From assembly GCA_040182905.1 (NCBI GenBank), contig JARQWU010000047.1:1-49006 (forward strand): DNA of 49,006 bases. The letters are read 5' to 3'. This document shows positions 29,701 to 38,173 of this stretch, piece by piece. The notes under the pieces are model-generated. The model was not told the DNA's origin, made no database searches, and saw nothing but the letters and a program-made list of their open reading frames with translations. A program made the translations under genes and the position numbers. Each line of letters starts with the position of its first letter. The stretch's first letter is position 1. Source of the DNA: Barthelona sp. PAP020 (lineage: Eukaryota).

Positions 29701-32700
29701 AAAACACTTGGAATTGATGAAAACAATGATGAGGACAATTGTGATGTGAAATATTGTGAAAAAGAGCTTAATAACAATATTATAGATCCTGCAATGATTA
29801 AAACAGATATGAAACAAGTTATGAAACAAGAGAAAATAGATGTTGTTGATTTTATTGGAAATAAATGTGTTGTTGAGGATATTGATACTCATTTTCGCAA
29901 TTCTAAACATGTCTTATATTGTGAGAATAGGGAAATTATTAATCACAAGAAAATCACACTTGATTCCGATAATCATGATGATTTTTCATTGAATCATCAT
30001 CATATCAAAAATAACATTGAACAATTAGATCGAGCAAAAAGAGGAAAAAAGTCTAAAAAGACAAAGAGGTCAAAAAAGTTGAAGAAATCAAGAGAGAAAC
30101 ATGTCATCAACACAAGACTTCAAAACAAAAAGAAAGTTTTTATTGATGAAAAGTTGAAAAGATGTCAAAAGACTTTGGAGTTGTTGAAAATGATTCAACA
30201 AGATACTTTTGGTTATATATACTTTGAATTGATGAAGATGTGTGAAGTTGAATTGAATCGCACAATGCATTTGATTGAAGAATGGAAAACTTTACATTGT
30301 CCATTTTTTGACACAATGGTTATTGAAGAACTACCTTCATATGCTGAAAAATGTCGAAATTCATTTATCCAATATTATAAAAGTCAAGAACAAGAAAATA
30401 ATTTGAATAAAATTTCAAATGATGAAGGCTTTTTGAATATCCCTTCTTCTAATCTTTGTTTTGACATTGCTCTTAATGTGAAAGAATTAAATGTTTCAAA
30501 TAATTTACAAATAAATATAGATAAAGAAGAAATTTCAGTAGATAGTGAACACAACAGGTATAGTTATGAAGAACTTGAAAGTGAGTATCAATACATGGAA
30601 ATGGAGATTGAAATAAAGCCATATACTCATGAAATAACAAAAGAAGATCATTTGAATGATTTTGATTATGAAGAAGATCTCTTGACTGAAATGTGTTTGA
30701 ATATGACAAAAGAAACATTTAAATATGATCATATGACAGGTTTTGATGATGATGACCATTTTTTGACTGTATTTTCGACAGAATTTTGTCCTTCATATTC
30801 TAATTGTTCTTGTTATGAAAACATCAAAGGTTCCATTGGAGATGGAACTATCATTGAGGAAGCTACCTTAGAAGATATGAAGGAATTTAAAAAAGCCAAA
30901 AAGAGGTTAAGAGGGTTAAAGAAAAAATTATCAAAATTTAAAGAAAATTGGGAAATTATTGTTGAACAATATCTCAAATTGAGTGATGAAAAATTTGGCG
31001 AATTATTTGCAGATTACATTGATATCGAGGCAGATTTGAATGAAATAGATGAAGAGTATGTGATGCTTGATGATGAAACGTATTCAATTATTGGAAAAGT
31101 TTCAATATTTTCTAAGAAAGTTGTTGAATTAAAAAAAAAGATTAAAAGTATGGTAGAAAGAATGACATACCATCTGAATCTAAACAATCGTAATATTCAT
31201 GTTGCTAATAATGAGAACAATGAAAATTTGACAAAAATAAAGAAAAAGTATTTGAATGTTTGCAAAGAATTTCATAGTTCTATTGATAAATGGCAAGATC
31301 ATGAGCTTGATAATTTGTTTGAAAGAAAGGTTGAATTTTTTTATTTATGTGAAGATGTTAACAGATTATCTTTTGATATTGAAGAGAATTTTCAGATAGT
31401 TTCAATAGTAAAATGCTTTAAACTTGCTGATTCTTTTATTCAATTTTTAAGAACATGTAAAAAATATGGACTCTTGATTGAATTATCAAAATGTGTTAGA
31501 TTCATTGATATTGACAGTGGTGTAGCATTAATCAGATATTTTTCTAGTTCTGATGCTTTTGAACAAGATTTTGAACAATATATTTTGATTGATACACAAT
31601 TTCCTATTGATTTTGTGCTTGATGAAATTCTTCCTATTGCTCCTTATGTTGTGGATAATGATGAAGACAATGAAGATGAAGAAGATTGTAATGTTGGTAT
31701 TGAATATGAAGATGATAAGAATAAAAAAGTTATTCCTGTAATTATATTATTGATTGAAAAAATGCTATTTAAATTGTTGAATAATGTTTGTAGCAAAAAG
31801 AATCATTCTGCTATTTCACAGTTAAACATTTTTGATTATTTTTCATTATTATTTCAGCAAAAATCTTTTATTTATTTATCAAAACAAATGAAAATTAATT
31901 ATTATGCTGCAAATTTGATGTTTCAAACCATTGATTCTTCTTTATTAGAAAAGAATCATGTTCTATTGACTCAAACAAAAAGTTTTAAGAACACAAATGC
32001 CAATACTTATTTACAATTACCGTATAATGAAATATTTGAAATTATTGGATCTTTTGAAGACTTTTCAAGAAATTTTAAACGTCAATTAATTCATTTAGTA
32101 CCAATTAATGATAATATTGAATTTATGCAGACACAATTTGATGGATTATACAATTATGAATCAAACAATTGGACTGAAAAATTAAAAGCTTTAGCAAATA
32201 GATCATCTAATGATAACAAAGGGATTTGGGTAACTTTAGAAGAATTCATTGAAAATTTTATTGGATTATATGATGGTTTGTTGATGACGAAATTTTATAA
32301 AAGTTCCCTTAAATTCAGAAAATATTTGATTTCTTGCTGTAAAAAGGATTTTTTTTCCAATAAATCCCCCCAATTTCTGTTAAATTTTTCAAATATTGAT
32401 AAACATAAACATTTGATTAAAATTCATTTTGAAATACTTTTAACTGATTTTTCAATTCCTATTGGTATTATCTTTATTAGACATAAAGAAATTCCAGTTA
32501 ATAATGGACTTTTTGATATTTTTGGAACTCCTTTCTCCATCACATCAAAAAAAACATGTTTTTTTCAAAATTTTGATGTCAAAAACAATATTCATTATTC
32601 TTTAATCCCCTTTGTTGAAGGTGCATCAGTTTCTTCTGTTGACATCAAGGTCAATCTTCAAATTTCTCTTTTTTGTCAAGATGGTATCGTTTCAATTAAT

Positions 32701-32754
32701 TTAGCAAAAGAAAATAGTCATTTGGAATCTTTTTCTTTTGGTGAATACGTTTAA
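26779..32754 (+). CDS. multi-pass membrane protein with degenerate C-terminal calpain-like domains (DEK1-like architecture) (1991 aa)
   Basis: Roughly 20 hydrophobic segments in aa 1-890. The C-terminus keeps calpain landmarks in order: YILIDTQFP, LLIEKMLFKL, NNWTEKLK, GIWVTLEEFIENF, NKSPQFLL, YSLIPF. Confidence 0.65.
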   Translation: MMTLDLVSNYVDTKSFTNFSILLIFFSLLLYSRLNEVKWLNNMKYRLLKIFLISFLIILYLLTLFFLIVHVFSFGFDNIEGQIFYRYIILFGFVSLIIISFMSSHYLNLKTIIQRKMIVLWVVCVIIFAMSMYMITFASKMVGFQTHLAFLIPGTFVYLIMMTVQPIYPNITIESIHHFFMKRNNVQTQNSRLFLYFFSFILDLVGIFGEIWFVLTSPTISDDDCRKLFDFVYLFFYFLLVVEIIPLRSLMRVPIFVILPLLISIEILIIFLNLNCIYSAEISQITFIIIVLFLLYKEKKMTKENDLKIVNYMLEPLAKFEETYKIPISFSKISKKINSVEFFIILSNFNIFFVKFFEILINPELKPYFGNFLKIYLIMFICLISIYYIFARVFVFQRKYLLFVEKYYKYYINEEFLKVYKDLRFFKGKDDIEGIKKNYSLKLFSVLIISIFLTIFSIGLAIFYVFTDLSESFKYLILSFSLIFIFYIYFSYLINFNNKNIQKIEKNIQNIQNIQNIQNIQNIQNIQNIKNIKNIQNIQNIQKIEKIIKIEKKKIYFSINFFKFFGYFFQFFGYFIIIFKQNDLKQINNLLYIFCIFSPALYCFSNDIIAEKTFDFIKPKFKTLFHYIVSAIFIHFFSKPLDISNNIIPTVEEKISEITNLDISSVVIICLIFILSVKQSLLFLKSFKFTKSFSKFNLYLYILLFFIGLLSYYPLFIIILPNNKLYVGLIFVILYIMYPNIITFSHLKMEHKKKGKYFLIGLISFIYFLTIFILLLIKSVVDIHDILVDLLMFLVFYGIFLALNVLYNKDFLFGGSNVFVSKDYKTILFKDSADTDIIIKNKAPVYLIVIFLSSLFLYAFTGYFTYPNDNRLVFFIVLLIFMGIFLFFFKVNDIQLYKYRNLFNEKMYALACENVIKRGMNRFLMSYSLYSDIYHTYISENFQSVSIEQLDCMINQKKIIELLNESSIDNVSFLKTLGIDENNDEDNCDVKYCEKELNNNIIDPAMIKTDMKQVMKQEKIDVVDFIGNKCVVEDIDTHFRNSKHVLYCENREIINHKKITLDSDNHDDFSLNHHHIKNNIEQLDRAKRGKKSKKTKRSKKLKKSREKHVINTRLQNKKKVFIDEKLKRCQKTLELLKMIQQDTFGYIYFELMKMCEVELNRTMHLIEEWKTLHCPFFDTMVIEELPSYAEKCRNSFIQYYKSQEQENNLNKISNDEGFLNIPSSNLCFDIALNVKELNVSNNLQINIDKEEISVDSEHNRYSYEELESEYQYMEMEIEIKPYTHEITKEDHLNDFDYEEDLLTEMCLNMTKETFKYDHMTGFDDDDHFLTVFSTEFCPSYSNCSCYENIKGSIGDGTIIEEATLEDMKEFKKAKKRLRGLKKKLSKFKENWEIIVEQYLKLSDEKFGELFADYIDIEADLNEIDEEYVMLDDETYSIIGKVSIFSKKVVELKKKIKSMVERMTYHLNLNNRNIHVANNENNENLTKIKKKYLNVCKEFHSSIDKWQDHELDNLFERKVEFFYLCEDVNRLSFDIEENFQIVSIVKCFKLADSFIQFLRTCKKYGLLIELSKCVRFIDIDSGVALIRYFSSSDAFEQDFEQYILIDTQFPIDFVLDEILPIAPYVVDNDEDNEDEEDCNVGIEYEDDKNKKVIPVIILLIEKMLFKLLNNVCSKKNHSAISQLNIFDYFSLLFQQKSFIYLSKQMKINYYAANLMFQTIDSSLLEKNHVLLTQTKSFKNTNANTYLQLPYNEIFEIIGSFEDFSRNFKRQLIHLVPINDNIEFMQTQFDGLYNYESNNWTEKLKALANRSSNDNKGIWVTLEEFIENFIGLYDGLLMTKFYKSSLKFRKYLISCCKKDFFSNKSPQFLLNFSNIDKHKHLIKIHFEILLTDFSIPIGIIFIRHKEIPVNNGLFDIFGTPFSITSKKTCFFQNFDVKNNIHYSLIPFVEGASVSSVDIKVNLQISLFCQDGIVSINLAKENSHLESFSFGEYV
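28297..28404 (+). repeat. in-frame 9-bp tandem repeat x12 encoding (NIQ)7(NIK)2(NIQ)3
   Basis: AATATCCAA units read directly; matches the translation. Confidence 0.95.
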
Positions 32755-32910
32755 TCTCTTTGCATTTTTTGAAAATATTTTTAATTCTCTTTTAAGTTCA
32801 TATGTTTGTTTATTTTATGCTTAAGTTTTCCTGTTATTATGTTAAAGACTCAGATTTGTAAACATTCTTTTTGAGAGAGCAGTTTTTTTTTTCTTTTATA
32901 TATTATATTA

Positions 32911-34107
32911 ATGTCAACTAATACAAATATAGAATTGATAGAACGAAATATTCAAAATATTTTAGCACCAAAAATTGATGAAAAAAGTATGAAGGAGATT
33001 GAGGATGTTGTTTTTGATTATGCAAATGCATGTGAATATTCAAAAGATGGTGAATATGTTGGAATTTCAAGTTATGATGATGTGTTTATAATTGATACAA
33101 AAACTGAAGAAGTGAAGTTCACATTGAGTAATCAACAAGTATTTGTTTATTTCACATTTTCCAAAGATGGAAAAATGTTAGCAACTGGTTCTATTGATAA
33201 TACTATCATGATATATAGTCTTCCAGATTTCTCCATTTTGAAAAAATGGAGAAATGATTGCCATGTTTCCGAGATATGTTTTTCAGCTTGTTTAAATTAT
33301 ATATTTTCGGTTGATCACAATGGAAAACTTAAGAAATGGGATATAAATACTGATACTGTTGTTTTAGAAGAAAGAGTACATTCTGGGGCAGTTTGGAATG
33401 TAAATCTTTCGGCAGATGGTAAAGTTATAATGACTGGTGGTTATGATAAGACTCTTAAGTTGATTGACCCAGAAAATTTTTCAATAGTTGCTGTATTTGA
33501 CCAAGGGGAGAAAGTTAGTGCTGTTGTTTGTCATCCAACAAAGAGAATTATTGCTGCTGGTGATATATCATTCAAAGTCAAACTATGGAACATGGATGAC
33601 GGATCACTTATTCATGAATTCGTTCTAGGAGGTCAAGTTTGGTCTCTTCATTTTCTTACTTCAAATATTCTATTTATTATGTCTGGTGATGGTTATATTT
33701 CTTCATACAATGTGAATAGCTTTGAGGAGATTCAAAAGGTACATTGTGGTTGTGACGAGACTTGGTTTTCGTTTGCCATATCACCTGATATGAGGCAGTT
33801 GACATGTGGAAAATGTGACGAAGATATTATTAAGGTTTACTCAATTGCCCCTCAATATAACCCCTCAAATCAAACTGAACTCATAGAGTTATCAAAGGAT
33901 GGTGGACATGTGGTGTCGAATCTTTTTGCTGTGAATATGGAAACTCAAACCATCAGACAATTAGTAGCTGCTGGTATTTGCATGAATGAAGAGGAGTTCA
34001 AGATGATTGAGGATACATGTTGGAATTTGGTTGACATCAATGAAATCAATGGTGGCAACATGAATGAGTTTGTTGAACAAACGAATGAAAGTGATTCTGA
34101 CACTTAA
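32911..34107 (+). CDS. WD40 beta-propeller protein with C-terminal helical module, paralog B (398 aa)
   Basis: WD repeats (FSKDGKMLATGSIDNTIMIY; VHSGAVWNV..TGGYDKTLKL; KVKLWN). Colinear with paralog A. Confidence 0.92.
   Translation: MSTNTNIELIERNIQNILAPKIDEKSMKEIEDVVFDYANACEYSKDGEYVGISSYDDVFIIDTKTEEVKFTLSNQQVFVYFTFSKDGKMLATGSIDNTIMIYSLPDFSILKKWRNDCHVSEICFSACLNYIFSVDHNGKLKKWDINTDTVVLEERVHSGAVWNVNLSADGKVIMTGGYDKTLKLIDPENFSIVAVFDQGEKVSAVVCHPTKRIIAAGDISFKVKLWNMDDGSLIHEFVLGGQVWSLHFLTSNILFIMSGDGYISSYNVNSFEEIQKVHCGCDETWFSFAISPDMRQLTCGKCDEDIIKVYSIAPQYNPSNQTELIELSKDGGHVVSNLFAVNMETQTIRQLVAAGICMNEEEFKMIEDTCWNLVDINEINGGNMNEFVEQTNESDSDT
33835..34055 (+). repeat. 221-bp near-identical segment, inverted copy of 25226-25446
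   Basis: Manual alignment, ~97% identical. Confidence 0.9.
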
Positions 34108-34728
34108 CAGAGCAAAATCATTTTGTGTGCTGAATTGTTTCATTTCAAAAACACCATTGTTCTTTTTTTGCATAAATCTTGTTTTTGTCTTTTTTCAGAG
34201 CATCACTGAAGTGCAGATGAATATGGAACAATGGGAAGTGTTTTTATTGAGATTTTCTCGTTTGTTATCCCTTGTGTGTGTTTTTTATGTATTTTTTTTT
34301 TCTTTAATTCTTTACATTTTAAAGTTGAATGACCATTGCAGTTTCCAGTTTACAATGATCATTTGCTGTGATGATTTTTGTTTACGTTCACAGTCTGAGA
34401 ATATTAATGATCGTATTGAAAGGTTTGAAAGGTTTAATGTTTTATTTTTTGAAGAGTGAATCAATTCAGTAGTGGAAGAAGTTTACAAATTCATTTGCTT
34501 TTTGATACATTTGATGTAAACAAGATTTCTTTTTTTTTTCTAATTTTTCCCTCAGCTCAAAGTGATTCGCTCCAGTTTTCTGGACGGTGTTAATACTGTT
34601 GGATGTGGTGAAATAACCCTTTTTTTAAATTTTTCTTTTATTTTCAAGAAACAAGATAAAAAAATACACAAAAATTACCAGAAAAATTTACACAATTGAA
34701 AGAAATATCACATCAAATAAAAACATGC

Positions 34729-37026
34729 TTATTTATGCGAAAAGTTCGCATATGTGGTGTTGCGACGATGATGAATCCTCTTTCCTGCTATAATAAATAG
34801 ATCATCACAAAAATGAATAATTCCCTTCACTGTCAATGATATCCCCAAACTGATATTATATTTACCTTCTTTGACATGTTTCTCTGTTGGTAAAACAGCA
34901 GATAAGAATGGTGTACCAGCATATTGTAATGGCGTCAAATGTTCAAATATTGAATCACACCCAAGTAATTTTAAAGCTGTTTTTTCAAGTTTATCTTGTT
35001 CATTTATGAATTCCTGTGATAAGCCTTTTTCCTCATTCATTTTTTTGACTTCTTCTTTAATCCTTTCCAACTGACGCATCCCAGTCAGAGTTTCACAAAC
35101 ATCGAACAACATTTCCAGATTCTTTTCATCATTGTCTTGTTCAAATCTTTCAAAAACTATTGGCCACAAACGTACCAGGAACTTTTGTACCCAAAATTTC
35201 TTTTCACTTTTCAATAACTGTAATTCATCAACAAATGAGAAACGATTGTCACTGATTAGTTTTCGGCGGTGTGGAATCATTGTTTCTTTTTGATTAAAAC
35301 TTAAATCAGAAAGAACAATAGCATTTTTTAAATATCTGGTGTTTATATCAGAAGAAATGTTAATATTCAAATGGTTGCCTCTAACAATATGTAAAATACT
35401 TGATAAAACATCACTGAACATCCAATTATCATTTCCTTCAACAAGATAACCTTGATGAATAAGATCTGTGATGTTTATTTCTGGATTCTTATTGATATTT
35501 TTGAAATCTCGAATTTCAGCCGCAATTCGAGGATCAAGGCTCATTTTCGACTTGAGAGATTCAATACTTTCAGCAAATTCCAAATCCATGTTTTCAGAAT
35601 CTCTAGCATTAACTATTTTATTTTTTGTTTTTGGATTTCTTCTTGCTTTAACACTTTTACGATATCTGTTTTCATCCATTTCTTGAGCTTCCTTATTTTT
35701 TTTGAATTTTGTGTCTGTCTTTCCATTAGTCCTATGATTTTCAGCATCATCAACATAATCATTGTTTTCTTCGCGAATAAAAGGAGATAATCCATAAGAG
35801 TTCATGTTAAAAAGAGATTTTGATATATCCGGTTTTTCTGCCAAAAGAATCCTTAACGTATCAAAATTTGTGGGAGTTTCAATCATTTTTATTTCATATC
35901 TATGCATAATGACACAATATAAGAATTGAATTGGGTTTTTCAAAAAAATCTTAACTATGTCAAATATAGAAAAATGTTCACTATCATTAGAATCTTCAAC
36001 TGAATCATCAAAAAATATGTTCAAACAATCCATCGAAATATTTAACATTTCCATCAAAAAATTATTTTCAAATTGCTCAAACAGTTCTTCATCCTTACAT
36101 AGATACAAAATTGGCAAACTATTTGTAAAACTTTCGCTCAATGTGTTCAATTCATCAATTTCCTTCAAAATAAAATTTGGTGGTGCAAATGAGTACTTCC
36201 CATTGATGTCATCACAGAAACACCAGTCATTCATTGTCTTGATTATAGAATAAAACAAAAGTTCTTCATTTAAATCGTTGACGTAAACAATCAAATTTGG
36301 TGGTTGATTCTCATCATAAGTATGAAACACACAACTTGCTAAAAACTTGAATAGATTCATAAATCCACTGTAATTAACATTTGTTTCAAGGTTATTAACA
36401 TGCATACACAGTATATCTTTCATTGCCTCAAAATTCTCAAAATTAAACATTGAAGCATTTCTACCAACTGGAAATGAACAAAAGATCTCTCTTGTTTCGG
36501 TTTCATCATCATCACTATTTGATTCGTTCCCACTATCTTCCTTAAAATTGTCATCATCGTCAGTTTCGTCTTCTTCCTCTTTTTTCTGTTCTTCCTCTTC
36601 TTTTTCTTCTTCTTTTTGTACTTCCTCCTCTTGTTCGTGTTCGTGTTCTTCTTGTTCTTCTTCTTTTTCAATGTGTTCTCTTAAAATGAATTCATAAGTA
36701 TTCCCAAAACAATCAATAAAACAATTTCTTGAATGTTTATAATATGATAAATTATCAACAACATATGGTATTATGGAAGAAGAATTCACACTGTCATTTT
36801 TATCATTTTCCATAAATAGTGTATAATGATCACTTAACAATTGAATATCATTCATGATAAATCCACAATTTTGATTTTTATCATTCTTTGATCTGAAAAC
36901 AATTCTATATTCATCATTTAATTTGATCTTATACAAATTCCCAAAATGATTCTTTAATTCCTTTGTAAAATCATTTAATTTTCCTTGTACAACACTTTGT
37001 ATAATAAGAAAATCGTTTGATTGCAT
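34729..37026 (-). CDS. hypothetical protein with long acidic tract (765 aa)
   Basis: Long ORF. Glu/Asp-rich segment at ~aa 116-180 and a basic NLS-like stretch RYRKSVKARRNPKTK. No family recognised. Confidence 0.8.
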   Translation of the reverse strand: MQSNDFLIIQSVVQGKLNDFTKELKNHFGNLYKIKLNDEYRIVFRSKNDKNQNCGFIMNDIQLLSDHYTLFMENDKNDSVNSSSIIPYVVDNLSYYKHSRNCFIDCFGNTYEFILREHIEKEEEQEEHEHEQEEEVQKEEEKEEEEQKKEEEDETDDDDNFKEDSGNESNSDDDETETREIFCSFPVGRNASMFNFENFEAMKDILCMHVNNLETNVNYSGFMNLFKFLASCVFHTYDENQPPNLIVYVNDLNEELLFYSIIKTMNDWCFCDDINGKYSFAPPNFILKEIDELNTLSESFTNSLPILYLCKDEELFEQFENNFLMEMLNISMDCLNIFFDDSVEDSNDSEHFSIFDIVKIFLKNPIQFLYCVIMHRYEIKMIETPTNFDTLRILLAEKPDISKSLFNMNSYGLSPFIREENNDYVDDAENHRTNGKTDTKFKKNKEAQEMDENRYRKSVKARRNPKTKNKIVNARDSENMDLEFAESIESLKSKMSLDPRIAAEIRDFKNINKNPEINITDLIHQGYLVEGNDNWMFSDVLSSILHIVRGNHLNINISSDINTRYLKNAIVLSDLSFNQKETMIPHRRKLISDNRFSFVDELQLLKSEKKFWVQKFLVRLWPIVFERFEQDNDEKNLEMLFDVCETLTGMRQLERIKEEVKKMNEEKGLSQEFINEQDKLEKTALKLLGCDSIFEHLTPLQYAGTPFLSAVLPTEKHVKEGKYNISLGISLTVKGIIHFCDDLFIIAGKRIHHRRNTTYANFSHK

Positions 37027-37511
37027 ATTTAAAGAAACAATTTGTTAAAGGAACTTTTTTTTTTCTTTTCGAAATGAATTTGTTTTAAACACTTTTATTT
37101 TAATCAGTAAAACTACTCAGTGAGACAATTTTGTTCACTTTTTTTAAGTATCCAAGCGGAAGAGATGAAGAAAATCTTTCGTAAAATTTTTTATCATGTT
37201 TGATGGGTTTTCTTCACAAATACTTTTCTTTCATTAAACAAAAAAGGTGTTTTTAAACCAATGGACCATTTAATCAAATATAATATTGCTGTTGAATGAT
37301 CAAATTCAAATGGAGTAAAATTTGATAAAGAAATTTTGAGAAGTTCTTTTTGGGCAATAAATAACTACTGTTTTTGTTTGAAGATTATTTATTGTCATTT
37401 TCTGAGAAACATTTTTTGAAAAGAAATCATGTTTTTGAAATATTGTAATTTGTAAATGAATCCATCAACCACTTTAATATTTTTTTTACTTGTTTAAACA
37501 ACATTTAATTA

Positions 37512-38024
37512 ATGGAAAACACAGAACATATTGAAGAAATGAAAGAAGAGGAAAGAATTCCTTCTTTTTCTATTGATCATACCAAGTTAAAAAGAGGAAT
37601 CTATGTTTCCAGAACTGATTTGGTTGGGAATGAAGTCATATATACTTTTGATATTAGAATGAAAGAGCCAAACAAAGAACCACCTATGGATATTCAAGCC
37701 TTACATACTATTGAGCATTTGGGAGCTACATTTTTAAGACAACATCCTAGATATAAAGACTTGACCATTTATTTTGGTCCTATGGGTTGCAGAACTGGTT
37801 GTTATCTTATTTTCAGGGGTAATGAACTTACTTCCAATGATATGGTCCCAGTCATCACCGAAATGTTCCAGTATATTGCTGATTTTGAAGGAGTTGTTCC
37901 TGGACTTCATCCTGCTGAATGCGGTTATTATTTGTCTCATGATTTACCCATGGCCAAATATGAAGCCATTAGATATTTGGAAGTTTTATTGAACATTCAA
38001 CCGGAAAATCTTCAATATCCTTGA
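37512..38024 (+). CDS. luxS: S-ribosylhomocysteine lyase (autoinducer-2 synthase) LuxS
   Basis: SFSIDH, FDIRM..PN, HTIEH (H65/E68/H69), GPMGCRTG (C93), VPG..PAECG (C137), HDL..AK, and the C-terminal NLQYP typical of the Bacteroidetes/Clostridia-type subgroup. Confidence 0.97.
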   Translation: MENTEHIEEMKEEERIPSFSIDHTKLKRGIYVSRTDLVGNEVIYTFDIRMKEPNKEPPMDIQALHTIEHLGATFLRQHPRYKDLTIYFGPMGCRTGCYLIFRGNELTSNDMVPVITEMFQYIADFEGVVPGLHPAECGYYLSHDLPMAKYEAIRYLEVLLNIQPENLQYP

Positions 38025-38173
38025 GTCTTCAGAAATTACAAAAGTAGTCTTTATAAATTTGTGTGAAGATTTTTCTCTTTTAAAGCAACAAAAAAAAAAA
38101 AATTACAGATTTACTCGAGCATTCACAAAAAAGTGTTAGCCTCAAAATAAATGGAAAAATTAGAAATATTTAG

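Noticed and set aside
34328..34363. Hairpin as a SECIS or iron-responsive element
   Set aside because: No correctly placed GA quartet with apical AAA, no CAGUGN loop, and no neighbouring gene with an in-frame TGA.
34064..34459. 131-aa ORF overlapping the end of WD40 paralog B
   Set aside because: Phe-rich translation of T-rich intergenic DNA that overlaps a real gene's 3' end.
34729..35430. Faint resemblance of the 765-aa protein's C-terminus to DONSON
   Set aside because: Only loose hydrophobic patterning; diagnostic motifs not found.
37027..38173. Bacterial operon context, riboswitch or pfs remnant around luxS
   Set aside because: The flanks are AT-rich host-like intergenic DNA; no Shine-Dalgarno, SAM/SAH riboswitch motif, pfs fragment or mobile-element ends could be seen.
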